DNA of 59,881 nt, the filler included, from Barthelona sp. PAP020 (taxonomy: Eukaryota): the NCBI GenBank assembly GCA_040182905.1. It is 4 parts of 4 records of this genome, joined end to end, with 100 filler letters (N's around TTAATTAATTAA, not from the genome) between each part and the next. Parts side by side here need not be neighbours in the genome. Positions count along the whole stretch, not along the records: positions 30,086 to 44,936 come from JARQWU010000294.1; positions 45,037 to 59,881 come from JARQWU010000295.1; 2 more parts are not named here. The stretch is one strand, 5' to 3'. A program made the translations under genes and the position numbers. The notes under the pieces were generated by a model that was not told where the DNA came from, did not search any database, and saw nothing but the letters and a program-made list of their open reading frames with translations. Positions 41,910 to 53,462 of this stretch are shown piece by piece (positions within the stretch are counted from its first letter, which is position 1; each line of letters opens with the position of its first letter).

Positions 41910-44810
41910 ATGCAAGTTGAAAAAATATTTTCGATTTTAAACAATTCTATTCAGCCAATTTTAAGAAAATTTTCCATCGGGGAAAATTCAATTCAATCAA
42001 GTGATTTAGAATTTCAAAATTTCATTACGATATTAGATAGTCTATTTTTAAGCAATATAAAACGAAAAGAATCTTTCTTTTCAAGAAGTGGAAACCCTTG
42101 GGATTTCATAAAGAATTTGCGGAAACTTAATGAGAAAAGTAAAAGTGATTTTGAGATTTTATCCAAATTAAACTACGTAAAAACTGATTTTGGTTTTGTT
42201 AGAGCTTGGTTAAGGCAATCTTTAATGTTTGATACCATTGAAAGTGATTTGACTGTTTTATTGTCAAACGATTCATTAATTGCGACTCATTATGAATCGC
42301 CTAGTCCATTACTTTCACAAGAATTTGTTGATTTGTTTAATGTGCTGTGGATTCAACTGCAGGGTGTTTCGTTTGATTTGATTATAGATGATTCGAGTTT
42401 AGATACACTTGAAGTGATGAATTGGACTGATGTATTAATGTCAAATGGTTTTATCAATTCAGACGGTATTACAACAGTTAGTTCTCGAAGTCGATCAATG
42501 TCTCCTCAAGGACAAAGAGGTACTTTAGAAACAAATAATATCACTTCTAGAAAGGAAGATGATATGAAAGAAAACGAAAAAGAACAAGTTGTTGAAGAAA
42601 ATCAAAGGATTCCACGATCTTTCAATGAAAAAGATGAATTTTCCATCAATAACGATAATCCGATAACAATCACAGTGGATACCATCACCGAAAATAGTGA
42701 TGTAAATTTTCCAGAAGAAACAGGCCTTGGAACTGAGGAGTTGTTGAACGTGGATCCCTTTAGTGATTCTGGATTTTCTGTATCACCAGAACTTGATCGT
42801 ATTGATTCAGTTACACCTTCTTTAGATAATATGGAAATGATAACATCTTTTTCAAATTCTAAAATTGATGAATTCAATATTTTCCTTGAAAAAGAACATG
42901 ATAAGAATATTTCAAAGGAGGAAACAATCGAAATTCATCCTTTTATTAAAAAATCTGAGACAATTGAAAGTGTTAGCGTCATTCAAAGCGTAGATGCAAT
43001 TCAAAACGAAAAGCAGAAGCAAATTAGTATTTTAAATTCAAACAGTGATCTTCCAGATGTTGATAATCCTAATGATGCAATTGGCATCACTTTAGATGTT
43101 GATATTGACTTAATTACTAAAATGCAGGATGATAGAGATGCCCCTTCGCTTCCCATCGAAACCGAATACCATCAAGATTCACATGAAAAATATATGTTGA
43201 ATCCTAACATGAAGAATCCCTTCTTTAAATCTCATTCTTCACATTCTTGTGTACATTCGGAAGATATAATAACTATTGATGCGGAAACAATGACCTTTTC
43301 ATCTGAACATCGTTCTCATGAGCTTTTACTTACAGAAGATTTGTCAGATGTTCATCTAACTGATCCTGAATTGATCAGTGGATCAAATGTTAGTTCTAGT
43401 GTTGTGGGTGATTCTCCTAAGTTACCTTTTGAAGAAGCTAAACATATATATTCGCGTGAGGAATCCATGATAACACCACCACAATTACCCAAAGATCTTG
43501 GAACAATTGGAGTTGTTACATCACCATATTCTGATGCTGAATCGATCAGTAAAACACCTTCAAGAACTTTATCTCTTGTTGATACTCATTTGGTTTCGAA
43601 TGAAAGTATAGAAGGAGATTCAGAATATGAAGATGATCAATCTTTCAATTTTGATTTTGAAGTCGCTCAATCTAAATCATCAGGAGACTCGAATACACAA
43701 CATAAACCTACTAAACGAGTTGATTTGTTCAAACGAAACAAATCAAGTTTTTTGGTTGACCTAAATCATCATCAAAACTTAAGTATTAGTCCTGCTTTAC
43801 GATCTCAAAGTGCCTCACATGAACATTTAATTGAAAATTCAGATCTTAACATTGGAATATCGACAAATTTAGATTTGGATTCAAATGGAGAGAATGACCT
43901 AGAGCATGAATTATCATTTGATTCTGTGACAACAATCTCATTGAAAAGTGATATTCCAAGAGAGTCTGTAAGATTACTTAGTGCGGAAGAGATTGAATCA
44001 ATGGTAAAAACAGCTATTGAATCTCCAATAGTTCCTTCAATGATCCCTACACCACCTTTGAATGTTTTTAAACAAACACACATTCCTGATTTACCTGAAG
44101 TCTTATCAGGACCTCCTAAATTATCGTTTAGATATTATCTAAATCCTACGTCTAATAAGCAAAAAACTTGTTCTTTATGTAACCGTGTTCCTTCGAGGTT
44201 TTGTCATTACTTTGGATCCTATTTTTGTGATCAATGTCATGTAAATGATAAAAGAGTACTCCCTGGTCTTTTGATCGAACAATGGGATGATTCAAAATAT
44301 CCTGTATGCAAGGTTGCTGCTCTTACATTGGATAGAGGTATGAATTCATTGAAAATCGATATTGTTAAGTCTTGTCCTATATTAATCAGTCAGGAATCAG
44401 TTCTTTCTGAAGCGCTTATATTACGAAATCAATTATTTGCCATTGTTAAATTTATTCAGTCTTGTAATTGTAGACATGAAAAAATTTTGTTGTCAAAATT
44501 GGGTAAACGCGTCTATTTCATTGATGATACAAAGAAATTTTTATTACAGGATTTGGTTTGTTTGAAGAATAAGGAATTGATTCCATATTTGCAAAAATAT
44601 GTTCGCGAATTATATTCTCATTGCAGAAATTGTGATTTCTGTTCTCCTAATGGTCAAAAGTGTATCATTTGTGGAAAAGACCCTTTGTTGTTTCCATTTT
44701 TATCTATTATGAATAATAATGTTGTTCAATGTAAAAAATGCAAAGCTTTAATGCATTTAAGTTGTTTGAATATGGTCGATGATTGTCCTAACTGTTCTAA
44801 CATTCATTAA
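41910..44810 (+). CDS. RUN domain + Rubicon-homology Zn domain protein (Rubicon/PLEKHM1-like)
   Basis: N-terminal RUN (PW.FI, G..RAWLR.SL); C-terminal RFCHYFG.YFC..CH.N...LP......WD...YPVC, H...C..C...G..C.IC, C..C....H..C....CP.C. Confidence 0.88.
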   Translation: MQVEKIFSILNNSIQPILRKFSIGENSIQSSDLEFQNFITILDSLFLSNIKRKESFFSRSGNPWDFIKNLRKLNEKSKSDFEILSKLNYVKTDFGFVRAWLRQSLMFDTIESDLTVLLSNDSLIATHYESPSPLLSQEFVDLFNVLWIQLQGVSFDLIIDDSSLDTLEVMNWTDVLMSNGFINSDGITTVSSRSRSMSPQGQRGTLETNNITSRKEDDMKENEKEQVVEENQRIPRSFNEKDEFSINNDNPITITVDTITENSDVNFPEETGLGTEELLNVDPFSDSGFSVSPELDRIDSVTPSLDNMEMITSFSNSKIDEFNIFLEKEHDKNISKEETIEIHPFIKKSETIESVSVIQSVDAIQNEKQKQISILNSNSDLPDVDNPNDAIGITLDVDIDLITKMQDDRDAPSLPIETEYHQDSHEKYMLNPNMKNPFFKSHSSHSCVHSEDIITIDAETMTFSSEHRSHELLLTEDLSDVHLTDPELISGSNVSSSVVGDSPKLPFEEAKHIYSREESMITPPQLPKDLGTIGVVTSPYSDAESISKTPSRTLSLVDTHLVSNESIEGDSEYEDDQSFNFDFEVAQSKSSGDSNTQHKPTKRVDLFKRNKSSFLVDLNHHQNLSISPALRSQSASHEHLIENSDLNIGISTNLDLDSNGENDLEHELSFDSVTTISLKSDIPRESVRLLSAEEIESMVKTAIESPIVPSMIPTPPLNVFKQTHIPDLPEVLSGPPKLSFRYYLNPTSNKQKTCSLCNRVPSRFCHYFGSYFCDQCHVNDKRVLPGLLIEQWDDSKYPVCKVAALTLDRGMNSLKIDIVKSCPILISQESVLSEALILRNQLFAIVKFIQSCNCRHEKILLSKLGKRVYFIDDTKKFLLQDLVCLKNKELIPYLQKYVRELYSHCRNCDFCSPNGQKCIICGKDPLLFPFLSIMNNNVVQCKKCKALMHLSCLNMVDDCPNCSNIH

Positions 44811-44936
44811 ACATCAAAATAACTTTTATATTCTGTAAAACGGTTGGTTTTTTTTTTTTTTTTTTTAAAATTTAAAAAAAAATATTTTTTTTTTTTTAAA
44901 AACCACAAATAATTTATTTAAGCTTTTAAAAAAAAA

Positions 44937-45036
44937 NNNNNNNNNNNNNNNNNNNNNNNNNNNNNNNNNNNNNNNNNNNNTTAATTAATTAANNNNNNNN
45001 NNNNNNNNNNNNNNNNNNNNNNNNNNNNNNNNNNNN
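44937..45036. other. Artificial contig spacer
   Basis: N-run with TTAATTAATTAA. Confidence 0.97.
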
Positions 45037-46004
45037 TCCAAAGAAAGTGGATATTCGCTTGAATTGGAATTAGCATTGAAAACAAACATGACTTGATCAT
45101 ATTTCTTGAATGATTCGTCATAAGGAGCTGTTGAACTTTGAAGTCTTTGATAAGCATTTTTTACAGTTTCATTATTCATTGAATTGTACATATGAACAAA
45201 ATTGGGAATATTGACAAGAAAATTGTTCATATTAAAAAGTTTGCTGAGCACAACTTCAAGAGATATCAAGCAAATCGACTCAGTGGAAATTTTCAAAGAT
45301 TCGACTCCTCTTTGAATTAAATCAACAGCAATCCTACGTTCACAAACTGTGGTTTGATTAGTAAATCCATGCACTGGAATAATTTCCAAAGAATCAACTA
45401 TTGTAGTGGGAATTTTAAATTCGTTTAAATTAAGGGTGGTTCCAGTTAATAAACGCTGGATACCTTGATATATAAAAGAAAATGGAGTTTCATTATCAAA
45501 TGAACCATTAAAATTAATTTGAGTTTGAAGCATTTGATGAGTTAATAATCGATAGTCACCTTGATCAAAATAGTAGCAAAAATCATCATTTTCATCATAA
45601 TTTAAGTTTAGATTCGAATCATCAAACTCAGATAATCTGGAAAGATATTCATTTTCATAAACACAAACCAAATCATCATAAGCACAATTTTCATTGGCAA
45701 ATATCAATTTAATAGAAATATCACTGGGAATATTCTTTAAATAAATAAAAGAACAAGTCGCTTTGCATTTTTGAATGCCAAATATTAATGGAAACAAATT
45801 GATATTCAAAAAATCCATATCAATCCCTATTATATCATTGGGTTTAATATTTGAATTGATCAAGTATTGTGCAAATTGATTGGATTTCTTATTTAAATCA
45901 TCAAAACTCAAAGAACTTTCATCGAAAGTAATTGCAGGTTTATTGGCATATTTCTTAGTTTCTTCTTCAAACCAATTAACAACATTGACAAATTTTGGAT
46001 TCAT
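45037..46004 (-). CDS. Partial gene beginning with a degenerate NRPS-type adenylation (AMP-binding) domain; 3' end lost in gap
   Basis: FEE...KY.NKPAI.FD...LSF.DLNKKSNQFA.YL....IKP.DIIGI resembles the A-domain N-terminus; ATG 46004. Confidence 0.65.
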
Positions 46005-46396
46005 TTGAAAAGTAAAAAAAAAGACAAAAAGGTTTAATAGAAATGTCAAAGTCATCCACCACACAAATAATTTTGTTAAAAACAAAGATTATTTGAGTGT
46101 TAAAGCAATAAATAGCATTTATAAGAATGGAAAAGTTGACTTCAAAGTTTGAAAGGAATTTCCAACACAATTTTTTTTGAAAGTGGAATTGAAAAGTTTC
46201 TTCAAAAGTAAAATACAGTTCATTCTTTGAATAAAAATATGTTATCAAACGTTTTTTGACAAGCACACATGAAAATAATGTTTCTTTCTTGATTTTTTAG
46301 AAAGGTGTTCAAATAATAAAACTAGAACTATTTATTATGAGTGGTTGAAATGTTTGGATGTTATTGTTCTTTAAACTTTTAATTGAATTACATATC

Positions 46397-47497
46397 TTAA
46401 ACAGTCAAAACGAAGTCATATTCCTCAAATCTACAATCTATTGCCTCTAAATCTTCTTCATCTGAAGTTAATAAATCTTCTTCTTCTTCAACTGTATCTT
46501 CTTCTTCTTCTTCTTCAGAACCAATTTCTAAATCGTTACTAGTTTCAAACAATTTTGACGTTGAGTCCAAAAGGTTTGTATCATCCAATGGTGGTACGGT
46601 TTTCGTCAAATTTATTGATTCTGTATTTTTGAAGTCGTTTGCTGTGGATGCATTCACATTGTTGAGAATGTTGAGAATTTCATTTTCATCATTAGAATCT
46701 TCATCACTAGGTTCAAGAAAATTGGAAGAGTGAAAAGCATCATTTGAAATCAAATCAGGCAATTTTGTTTCAAATAACCTATTTTCCAGTGTTAAGTCAA
46801 CATCGTCATCACTATCAGCAAAATTTTCAGTTGTGTTGATGATTGATGCAATCTTTTTGTCGTTAGTATCAAATGACAAATCGCTTTCATCTGAGAAACC
46901 ATCAGCTTTTAAAGCATTCAGCTGGGTTCCAGTTCCAAGGTTATCATCAGAAATGTCATCACTCATACTGACATCTGAAAGCTCAAGACCACTCATATTG
47001 ATTGATTCCATTTCTGGAGAATCTGGGCGATCAGGCATTCTCAAATCCTCTGAAGATCCAACAGCTTGTTCAACTGATTCCTCTTTTGCCAAATTATGAT
47101 CAATATCTTGCAAATCATCGATATTATCAGTCTTAACGATGGTTTTGATGCCAGCGTTTGATGATGAACGGAGGACTTTTGAAATTAATGGTAATCTTTC
47201 ATTTTTTAAAGATTCATCAACGTCTATTTCTGTGTTAATATAATTTTCGTCTTTTACTCCAGATTCAAGTAAAAATGTATCAATAGTATGATTAAGACCA
47301 AAGAATTTCAAAAAGTCCAAAACAATTTCAAATCCTTCTTGAAAAATGTCAGTATCTTTGGTTAATTGTTGAGGATTTTGTTTCAATAATGCAGAATATA
47401 CAGAAGATCTTACATGTGCTCGAATTTTATCATAATTTCCCTGTACTTTAAGTACAGAAGTTAATAGTCGTTCAATTTCGATAGAAGATAATGACAT
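46397..47497 (-). CDS. FOP/CEP43-like centrosomal protein (TOF/LisH N-terminus, acidic tail)
   Basis: L...L...G...KIRA.VRSSVY.AL...IV.DFL.FFGL.HT...F..ES. Confidence 0.75.
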   Translation of the reverse strand: MSLSSIEIERLLTSVLKVQGNYDKIRAHVRSSVYSALLKQNPQQLTKDTDIFQEGFEIVLDFLKFFGLNHTIDTFLLESGVKDENYINTEIDVDESLKNERLPLISKVLRSSSNAGIKTIVKTDNIDDLQDIDHNLAKEESVEQAVGSSEDLRMPDRPDSPEMESINMSGLELSDVSMSDDISDDNLGTGTQLNALKADGFSDESDLSFDTNDKKIASIINTTENFADSDDDVDLTLENRLFETKLPDLISNDAFHSSNFLEPSDEDSNDENEILNILNNVNASTANDFKNTESINLTKTVPPLDDTNLLDSTSKLFETSNDLEIGSEEEEEEDTVEEEEDLLTSDEEDLEAIDCRFEEYDFVLTV

Positions 47498-47788
47498 AGG
47501 CTTTTAAAAATGTTTTTTGAAAATAAATTTTGTTGCTTTTTTCCACTTTGTTTATTTCTTCTATATGTTACTTTTCTGACAGAAATTTAGTTAAAACAAA
47601 AGTATGAGTGAACAATAAACAGTGTTTTTCCATAAAAGAATTGTTCTATCTGTTGTGAAACCTTATTGAGGAAAATATGAAGAAAAAATATTTTTATTTA
47701 CAAAATAAGAATGAATTTTCAAAAATTAATCCAATTTTGGATGAAATTACAAAAAGCCCAAAAAACAAACATTTCCAATGCAAACAAT

Positions 47789-48874
47789 TTAGCCTGTTTT
47801 CGAAAAATCATTCATTGGAGTTAAACTTGAAAAACAATCCACAGTAGAATTATTGTCAAATGGTTCAAGTGGAGAGATTAAAGGTCTAGAATCTTCATTA
47901 TGATGTGAACTGATTGAACTCTTGGAATCAGTGTATTTTGGTAATGTGTCTGTTACAACGGTTACTGGAAGCGTGACATTGTGATTGGGAAAAGAAGAAG
48001 AAGAACGATTTGACAATTGTGAATTTTCCAACAGATTCGAGGTCGAAAGAGATTTTCGATTCCAAAGTTTTTGAGACGTGGTTTTATTCCTATTCAAGAT
48101 GTTTTCAACATCTTCTCTGTAATAACGACCCATTGGCTTGTTTTTTGATGAAGCACTTCCATAATCAATTGATTGATTAATACGTTCAAATGTAGGTGGA
48201 GGATAAATTGAAGCTGTGCTCAATGTTTCTGATGCTTTTTCCAATTCCATCACACGATACTTTTCAAATTCTAATTGAGCCTCAGAGAAAGCTTGTGATT
48301 CCGCTTGTAACAATTGCTCTTTTGTTTGGCTTTCACTCTCAATAGATCTAATCTTCTGGTGTAATTCTTCAATTTCACTCAACATTCTTATATTATCTTC
48401 TTTTTGATTTCGTATTTGATCTGCTTGATGACGAATCTCGATAGCAAAATCAACCATTTCTTGAGTTTCCTCATCTAATTTTTTGCCAGTCTCAAAATTA
48501 TTCTGCTTCAACTTGTCATTTTCGGCGGTTTTAAATTCAACCATTTTTTTTCGACTTTCTAAACTAATTTGCCTATTATATAACTCTTGTACTCTTTTTT
48601 TCAATTCTTGTTCTCTATTTCCAAATTCTTCCAAGGTTTGATTTTTTTCCCTTCTCCAAGTATCTTTTTCTTCTTGAAATTGTTGTATTGAAATATCTGA
48701 TTGAAGCGGTATTTTTTTCTTCAAAGCTGAAAGCTTTTCAATAGTTTCTTCCAATAAATTTGTGTTTTTTTCGAATTTCGCCAATAAATCTGAATCAAAC
48801 ATCAAATTATTTTCAAAATAAAAAACAAACAAGAGAAAAAAAATTCTTCCATTTTTTCTGGGGGTGCGAAACAT
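47789..48874 (-). CDS. Hypothetical coiled-coil protein (start may be ATG 48802)
   Basis: 361-aa ORF, heptad-rich N-half, Ser-rich tail. Confidence 0.75.
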   Translation of the reverse strand: MFRTPRKNGRIFFLLFVFYFENNLMFDSDLLAKFEKNTNLLEETIEKLSALKKKIPLQSDISIQQFQEEKDTWRREKNQTLEEFGNREQELKKRVQELYNRQISLESRKKMVEFKTAENDKLKQNNFETGKKLDEETQEMVDFAIEIRHQADQIRNQKEDNIRMLSEIEELHQKIRSIESESQTKEQLLQAESQAFSEAQLEFEKYRVMELEKASETLSTASIYPPPTFERINQSIDYGSASSKNKPMGRYYREDVENILNRNKTTSQKLWNRKSLSTSNLLENSQLSNRSSSSFPNHNVTLPVTVVTDTLPKYTDSKSSISSHHNEDSRPLISPLEPFDNNSTVDCFSSLTPMNDFSKTG

Positions 48875-49172
48875 TTTTCAGAACTTTCTCAGTTGAATAT
48901 TGGTGGTTAATTACTTGAATTGATTAATTCATAATAATCCTTTGAGGTTTATTTATGTTTGAAAAGTCCAAAAAACTGCCAACTTAAAAAGAACACAAAC
49001 TCTTAATTCTCCAGCAATAACAACTCATTTATTTATCATAAACAATAATTTTTGCAAGTTTTTTTTGAAATGGTGCAAAAGAAGAACAAAAAGCAATTTT
49101 TTACAATGACATTCATATTTCTGTTTAATTTCTTATTCTTAAGTATCAACAATATAATTTCACAAAACATTA

Positions 49173-50357
49173 TCAAACCATCTTTGAAACTCTCACCCTA
49201 AAAATCACCTTGTCATCAATCAAAAATCCGGATTCACTAGTTATCTGATCATATGGTATCAAAGTAGACCAACCCCAATTATGGTTGCTGCGATCCCATT
49301 GATGAATAACTGACTCAAAACCTATGCTATCCGAGTAGTTCTTATGATTTAGAATTTTGACTTTAAATCTGGCAGATCGAGTTGTGTAAGTTCCTTTGGC
49401 ATACAAGTACACTGCAACATGTGTTTTTTTTGGACCTTTTGGATAGACTAAAAGATTCCATTCAGAACCTTGGATATCCTTAAATGATGGAGATCGAAGG
49501 GATTTGGCAGTAATAGAACTCCAAGAATGAATTGTCCAATCAATACCTGCACCACATGCAAAGCGATTAACCTTGACACATTTTGTAAGCAAATTTTGAA
49601 AGGAAAAATTGGGTGTTTTTAACAACTGTGAGGGTTCTAGCAAATTAATGATCAAAGATTTTTGCTTGAAGCTCAAATCGTGATGTGATTTTATAAAGAT
49701 ATCAACTAAATTGAATATTTGGTCCTCAGAACGTGAATAGATAGCCTTTTTTTTCAATAGATTCACAATACAATCAGTTCCAACATATTTCAATGCTTTG
49801 GAATCAAAATGGTCTAATTCTATCAAATTTTCAGCAACATACGCAACAGTACGTGCCTGTAATCTGGATAAGCAAAAACTTTCAGAAATACTAGCCATTA
49901 AAAACATATTGTCCACATTAATTTCACTAGCTAAAAATGTTTCTATTCTTTTATACAAAGTTTCAACAGAAAAGTAGGAGGCTAAATATAAATATTCAAA
50001 AATTGTGTCAGAAGTAATATCAATTGCTTCTCCATAAATAAATCGCAACATTTTTTCAAAAGATATTACACTCACAGGTAAATCAACATAATAAGCATCA
50101 ATAATAGAATCCAACCAACCATTATTACAAAATAGTTCCGAAAAAAAGGAAGATGCAGCAGCTAAAATTATCTTATGACAACGAAACTCTTCGCCTTTTC
50201 CATTTAAGATATGTAGTGTTATGTCTGCAAATTCTGAATTCTTTAAAAATGGTACAAAACTCATTTCAAACACCGAATTTGGTGTTAAAATATCATCGCC
50301 TTTAGCTGAATGAATCATATCTACGTTCGTAGAGCTTTCACAAGAAGATAGCTTCAT
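49173..50357 (-). CDS. BTB/POZ-BACK-like-MATH protein (putative Cul3 adaptor)
   Basis: FADITL...F.CHKIILAAAS.FF..LF (BTB); W.L.VYPKG...HVAVYL...NWGW..LI...GFL.DD (MATH). Confidence 0.88.
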   Translation of the reverse strand: MKLSSCESSTNVDMIHSAKGDDILTPNSVFEMSFVPFLKNSEFADITLHILNGKGEEFRCHKIILAAASSFFSELFCNNGWLDSIIDAYYVDLPVSVISFEKMLRFIYGEAIDITSDTIFEYLYLASYFSVETLYKRIETFLASEINVDNMFLMASISESFCLSRLQARTVAYVAENLIELDHFDSKALKYVGTDCIVNLLKKKAIYSRSEDQIFNLVDIFIKSHHDLSFKQKSLIINLLEPSQLLKTPNFSFQNLLTKCVKVNRFACGAGIDWTIHSWSSITAKSLRSPSFKDIQGSEWNLLVYPKGPKKTHVAVYLYAKGTYTTRSARFKVKILNHKNYSDSIGFESVIHQWDRSNHNWGWSTLIPYDQITSESGFLIDDKVIFRVRVSKMV

Positions 50358-50632
50358 AGGAACTCAGTTACAGTGAAAGTGTGTACAAATTCCCAATCTA
50401 TTTTCAGTGTTCAAATTTACAGTGACATCAATTCTTTTCATATACAGTGGAATGAAATTAATTTGACCAAAGAGCGAAAATCAAATCAAATCACTCCAAT
50501 CAATGATAAAAATAATAATAATCGAAAAAAATAAAAATTTTAAAGTCAATAATTAATATAAATCAACAAAATGATGAAAAATCATGATAACAAAAGAGAA
50601 AAAATAATTAAAAAAGATTCATTTACTTAAAC

Positions 50633-51733
50633 ATGCCTGAAGTTATAGTTGAAACTTCGCCAAATATAGCTTTAATTAAGTATTGGGGAAAATTTAATGT
50701 TGAATACAATATACCATGCAATTCTTCAATTTCTTTAACTTTAGATTGTAATGTTTTGAACACCACAACAAAAATTCGCTTTGATGATACGATTACTGAA
50801 GATTCATTTTGTCTAAATAATGTTATTCAACCTTTATCTTCAAGACTGGAAAAAATTCTTAACATTTTCAGAAAAACCTTCAACATTGATAAAAGTATTG
50901 CAATTGAATCGAACAATTCATTTCCTACTGCTGCAGGCATTGCATCTTCAGCATCTGGTATGGCTGCGTTCACAACTGGGCTCTATAAACTTTTTGACAT
51001 TAAAGAAGACAACGATGAGCTTCCTCTTTTTGAATTGACAAGAATAGGGTCTGGCTCTGCGATTAGATCTTTAAAGGGTGGTTTAGTAAAATGGAATGCT
51101 GACTTTAATGAAGATTTAGCGTTAGCATCCAAAAATTCGTCTATCATTCCCATACAGATTGAAAAAGAAATCCTAGATGATATATTTATAATGATTTTAG
51201 TCGTTTCCTCTTCAAAAAAAGATGTTTCATCATCAGAAGGTATGCAAAGAACTTTAAACACATCAGAACTGTTTAAGTTACGTTACACAATTGTTGAGCA
51301 GAGAATTGACAGTATTGTTGAGTCATTTGAAAGGAATAATTGGGAAAACATAGTCGAATTGATTATCAAAGATTCAAACACATTTCATGCTCTTTGTTTG
51401 GATTCTTTTCCACCAATTTCTTATCTTAATGATAATAGTAGATCTATTATAAATATGATTCATTTGTATAATGAGAAATTTAAACAGAATTTTTCTGTTG
51501 CTTATTCATTTGATGCTGGATCAAATTCATTTTTATTTTGTCAAAAGAAGGAGTTACAAAGATTTCGATCATTTTTGGAATGCAAAATTAAAGACTTTTC
51601 TTCACTATTCTCCAAGTATTCTTTTGAAAGTGAGGGGAATTTTGATTTTCCAAATAATCAAATAGATATCCAATTAGATGATATATTTTTATCTAAAGTT
51701 GGGTCTGGACCAAAAATCATAAGAAATGAATAA
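50633..51733 (+). CDS. MVD: Diphosphomevalonate decarboxylase
   Basis: NIALIKYWGK, NSSISLTL, N.FPTAAGIASSASG, R.GSGSA.RS, DSN.FHA.CLDSFPPI.Y, AYSFDAG. Confidence 0.96.
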   Translation: MPEVIVETSPNIALIKYWGKFNVEYNIPCNSSISLTLDCNVLNTTTKIRFDDTITEDSFCLNNVIQPLSSRLEKILNIFRKTFNIDKSIAIESNNSFPTAAGIASSASGMAAFTTGLYKLFDIKEDNDELPLFELTRIGSGSAIRSLKGGLVKWNADFNEDLALASKNSSIIPIQIEKEILDDIFIMILVVSSSKKDVSSSEGMQRTLNTSELFKLRYTIVEQRIDSIVESFERNNWENIVELIIKDSNTFHALCLDSFPPISYLNDNSRSIINMIHLYNEKFKQNFSVAYSFDAGSNSFLFCQKKELQRFRSFLECKIKDFSSLFSKYSFESEGNFDFPNNQIDIQLDDIFLSKVGSGPKIIRNE

Positions 51734-51811
51734 AAAGTAAGAAAAAAAGAATAATTTTTTTTTGCCTGCATCACCTTTTTTTTTTCTTTTCTACCAAATT
51801 TAAGTCTTCAT

Positions 51812-52786
51812 ATGACAGTTAGTACCCTAAAGTCATTTAGTTCAAAGCAAGTGATTGAAGCGATGTCACATTTGACCAAACATTATGAACAATTGTGTGA
51901 AGAAATTGAAAAAGCAAAAAGATACAGAATAGAAAACAAGGAAATAATGAAGGGAAAACAAACAATCATTTTAAATTTGGTGAAAGCGTGTGGTGAAATG
52001 AAAAAGACCATTCTCACAACAAAAAAACATTTGTCAAATTTATATCATCAAACCGAAAATGAAAAATTGAAATTGCAACAGCAGAAAGTATTAAAAAAAC
52101 GATTGGAAGTTGATTGTTCTCTTGTAAAAGAGAATATTGAAAAAAGAATTCTGAAAAGATTATTCACAATTCAAAACCAATCTGAAGATGTTAATGAAAT
52201 AAATTTGATTGAAATTGAGAAGATAATAAAATCACAAGTTGAAGAGTATAAGAATAAGATAATAAATTTACATGAGAAACAGAATAAACAATTAGAAGAG
52301 AAAACAAAACTGTTGAAAAGAATAGCAGATAAAAGGAATCAAATGTTTAAGCAACAAAAACAAAATGAATTATCTTCTTTTCATTTCAACAATAACAAAA
52401 TGAATAAAAGTATACAATTTGAAAATCAATTGATAGATATAAACAGAGAATATGAACAGAAATTGAAAGAAATAGAGACTTTAACAAAGAGATATGAAAT
52501 GATTAAAAGACATTCATTGGAGATTGAATTTCAATTCGATACAAACATTCAAGTTTCGCAAGCAAATAGATCATTATTTGATAATAGAAATAGAATTTAT
52601 GAAAAGAACAAAAGATCTCCGGAGCTTTTGGAAAAGACTCCTCATGAGTTGGATAAATCTCCCTCAATCATTGTCAGAAGTAACAGAATTACTTCACCTT
52701 TAAAAACCAATTCCGTGAACAGAGTTTTGATCAGATCTTTTACAATGAGCAGTGAGTCTTTTTCGACTCTGGAAGATTTGGTGTAA
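51812..52786 (+). CDS. Hypothetical coiled-coil protein
   Basis: 324-aa K/E/Q-rich ORF. Confidence 0.75.
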   Translation: MTVSTLKSFSSKQVIEAMSHLTKHYEQLCEEIEKAKRYRIENKEIMKGKQTIILNLVKACGEMKKTILTTKKHLSNLYHQTENEKLKLQQQKVLKKRLEVDCSLVKENIEKRILKRLFTIQNQSEDVNEINLIEIEKIIKSQVEEYKNKIINLHEKQNKQLEEKTKLLKRIADKRNQMFKQQKQNELSSFHFNNNKMNKSIQFENQLIDINREYEQKLKEIETLTKRYEMIKRHSLEIEFQFDTNIQVSQANRSLFDNRNRIYEKNKRSPELLEKTPHELDKSPSIIVRSNRITSPLKTNSVNRVLIRSFTMSSESFSTLEDLV

Positions 52787-53462
52787 AAGAGACAATTTTG
52801 CAAAGGAGCAAAAGAATAAAGTATTATTTCCCCAAATTTCTAATTTATTTTTTTTTGAAATATTTGAAAATGTTTAAGACTATGTTCGAAGCTTATGTTT
52901 GGTGTAAATTTTTAGTTGAAGGTGTTTGGCTTCATTTCCTTTGCAGTTGTTCAAATGTTCATAAAAAGAATATGATGGGGATAAAGTCTTCATTTAAAAG
53001 ACAAATAGAGTGAAAGATTTTGAAGAATTTCAAAGTTTGAAAATTTGTTGACATTTGTCCTTTTCAACTCATTTGAAGATCAAAGCATTGAAACAAGTAA
53101 TAAGCTGATTTAAAATGCAGTGGAAAGAAATGTTTTGTGGAAAAATACATGTGGGGCAGTGTCCAGCAAAAAGCCTGTCTTTTTGATGGAATGTGAAGTA
53201 AATTATTTATTAGCTTTCAAAAAAGAAAGAATTTTTCTGAATTTGAAGCATATTTCAACACTTATTAACAATTTAAAAGGGCCAAATCCTCGAAATGAGA
53301 GAGTACCAACAATATTTCAATAAAATATCAATAACTTTCTTAGTCTGGATATGTAATGAAAAAAATAAAAAATTACACAACCAAAAGCAAAGAATCAGCT
53401 TTGGAAAAAAACAAATGTGTTCAAGGATTTTTTGTTTTTTTTTCTTTCTTTTTTAACACGCA

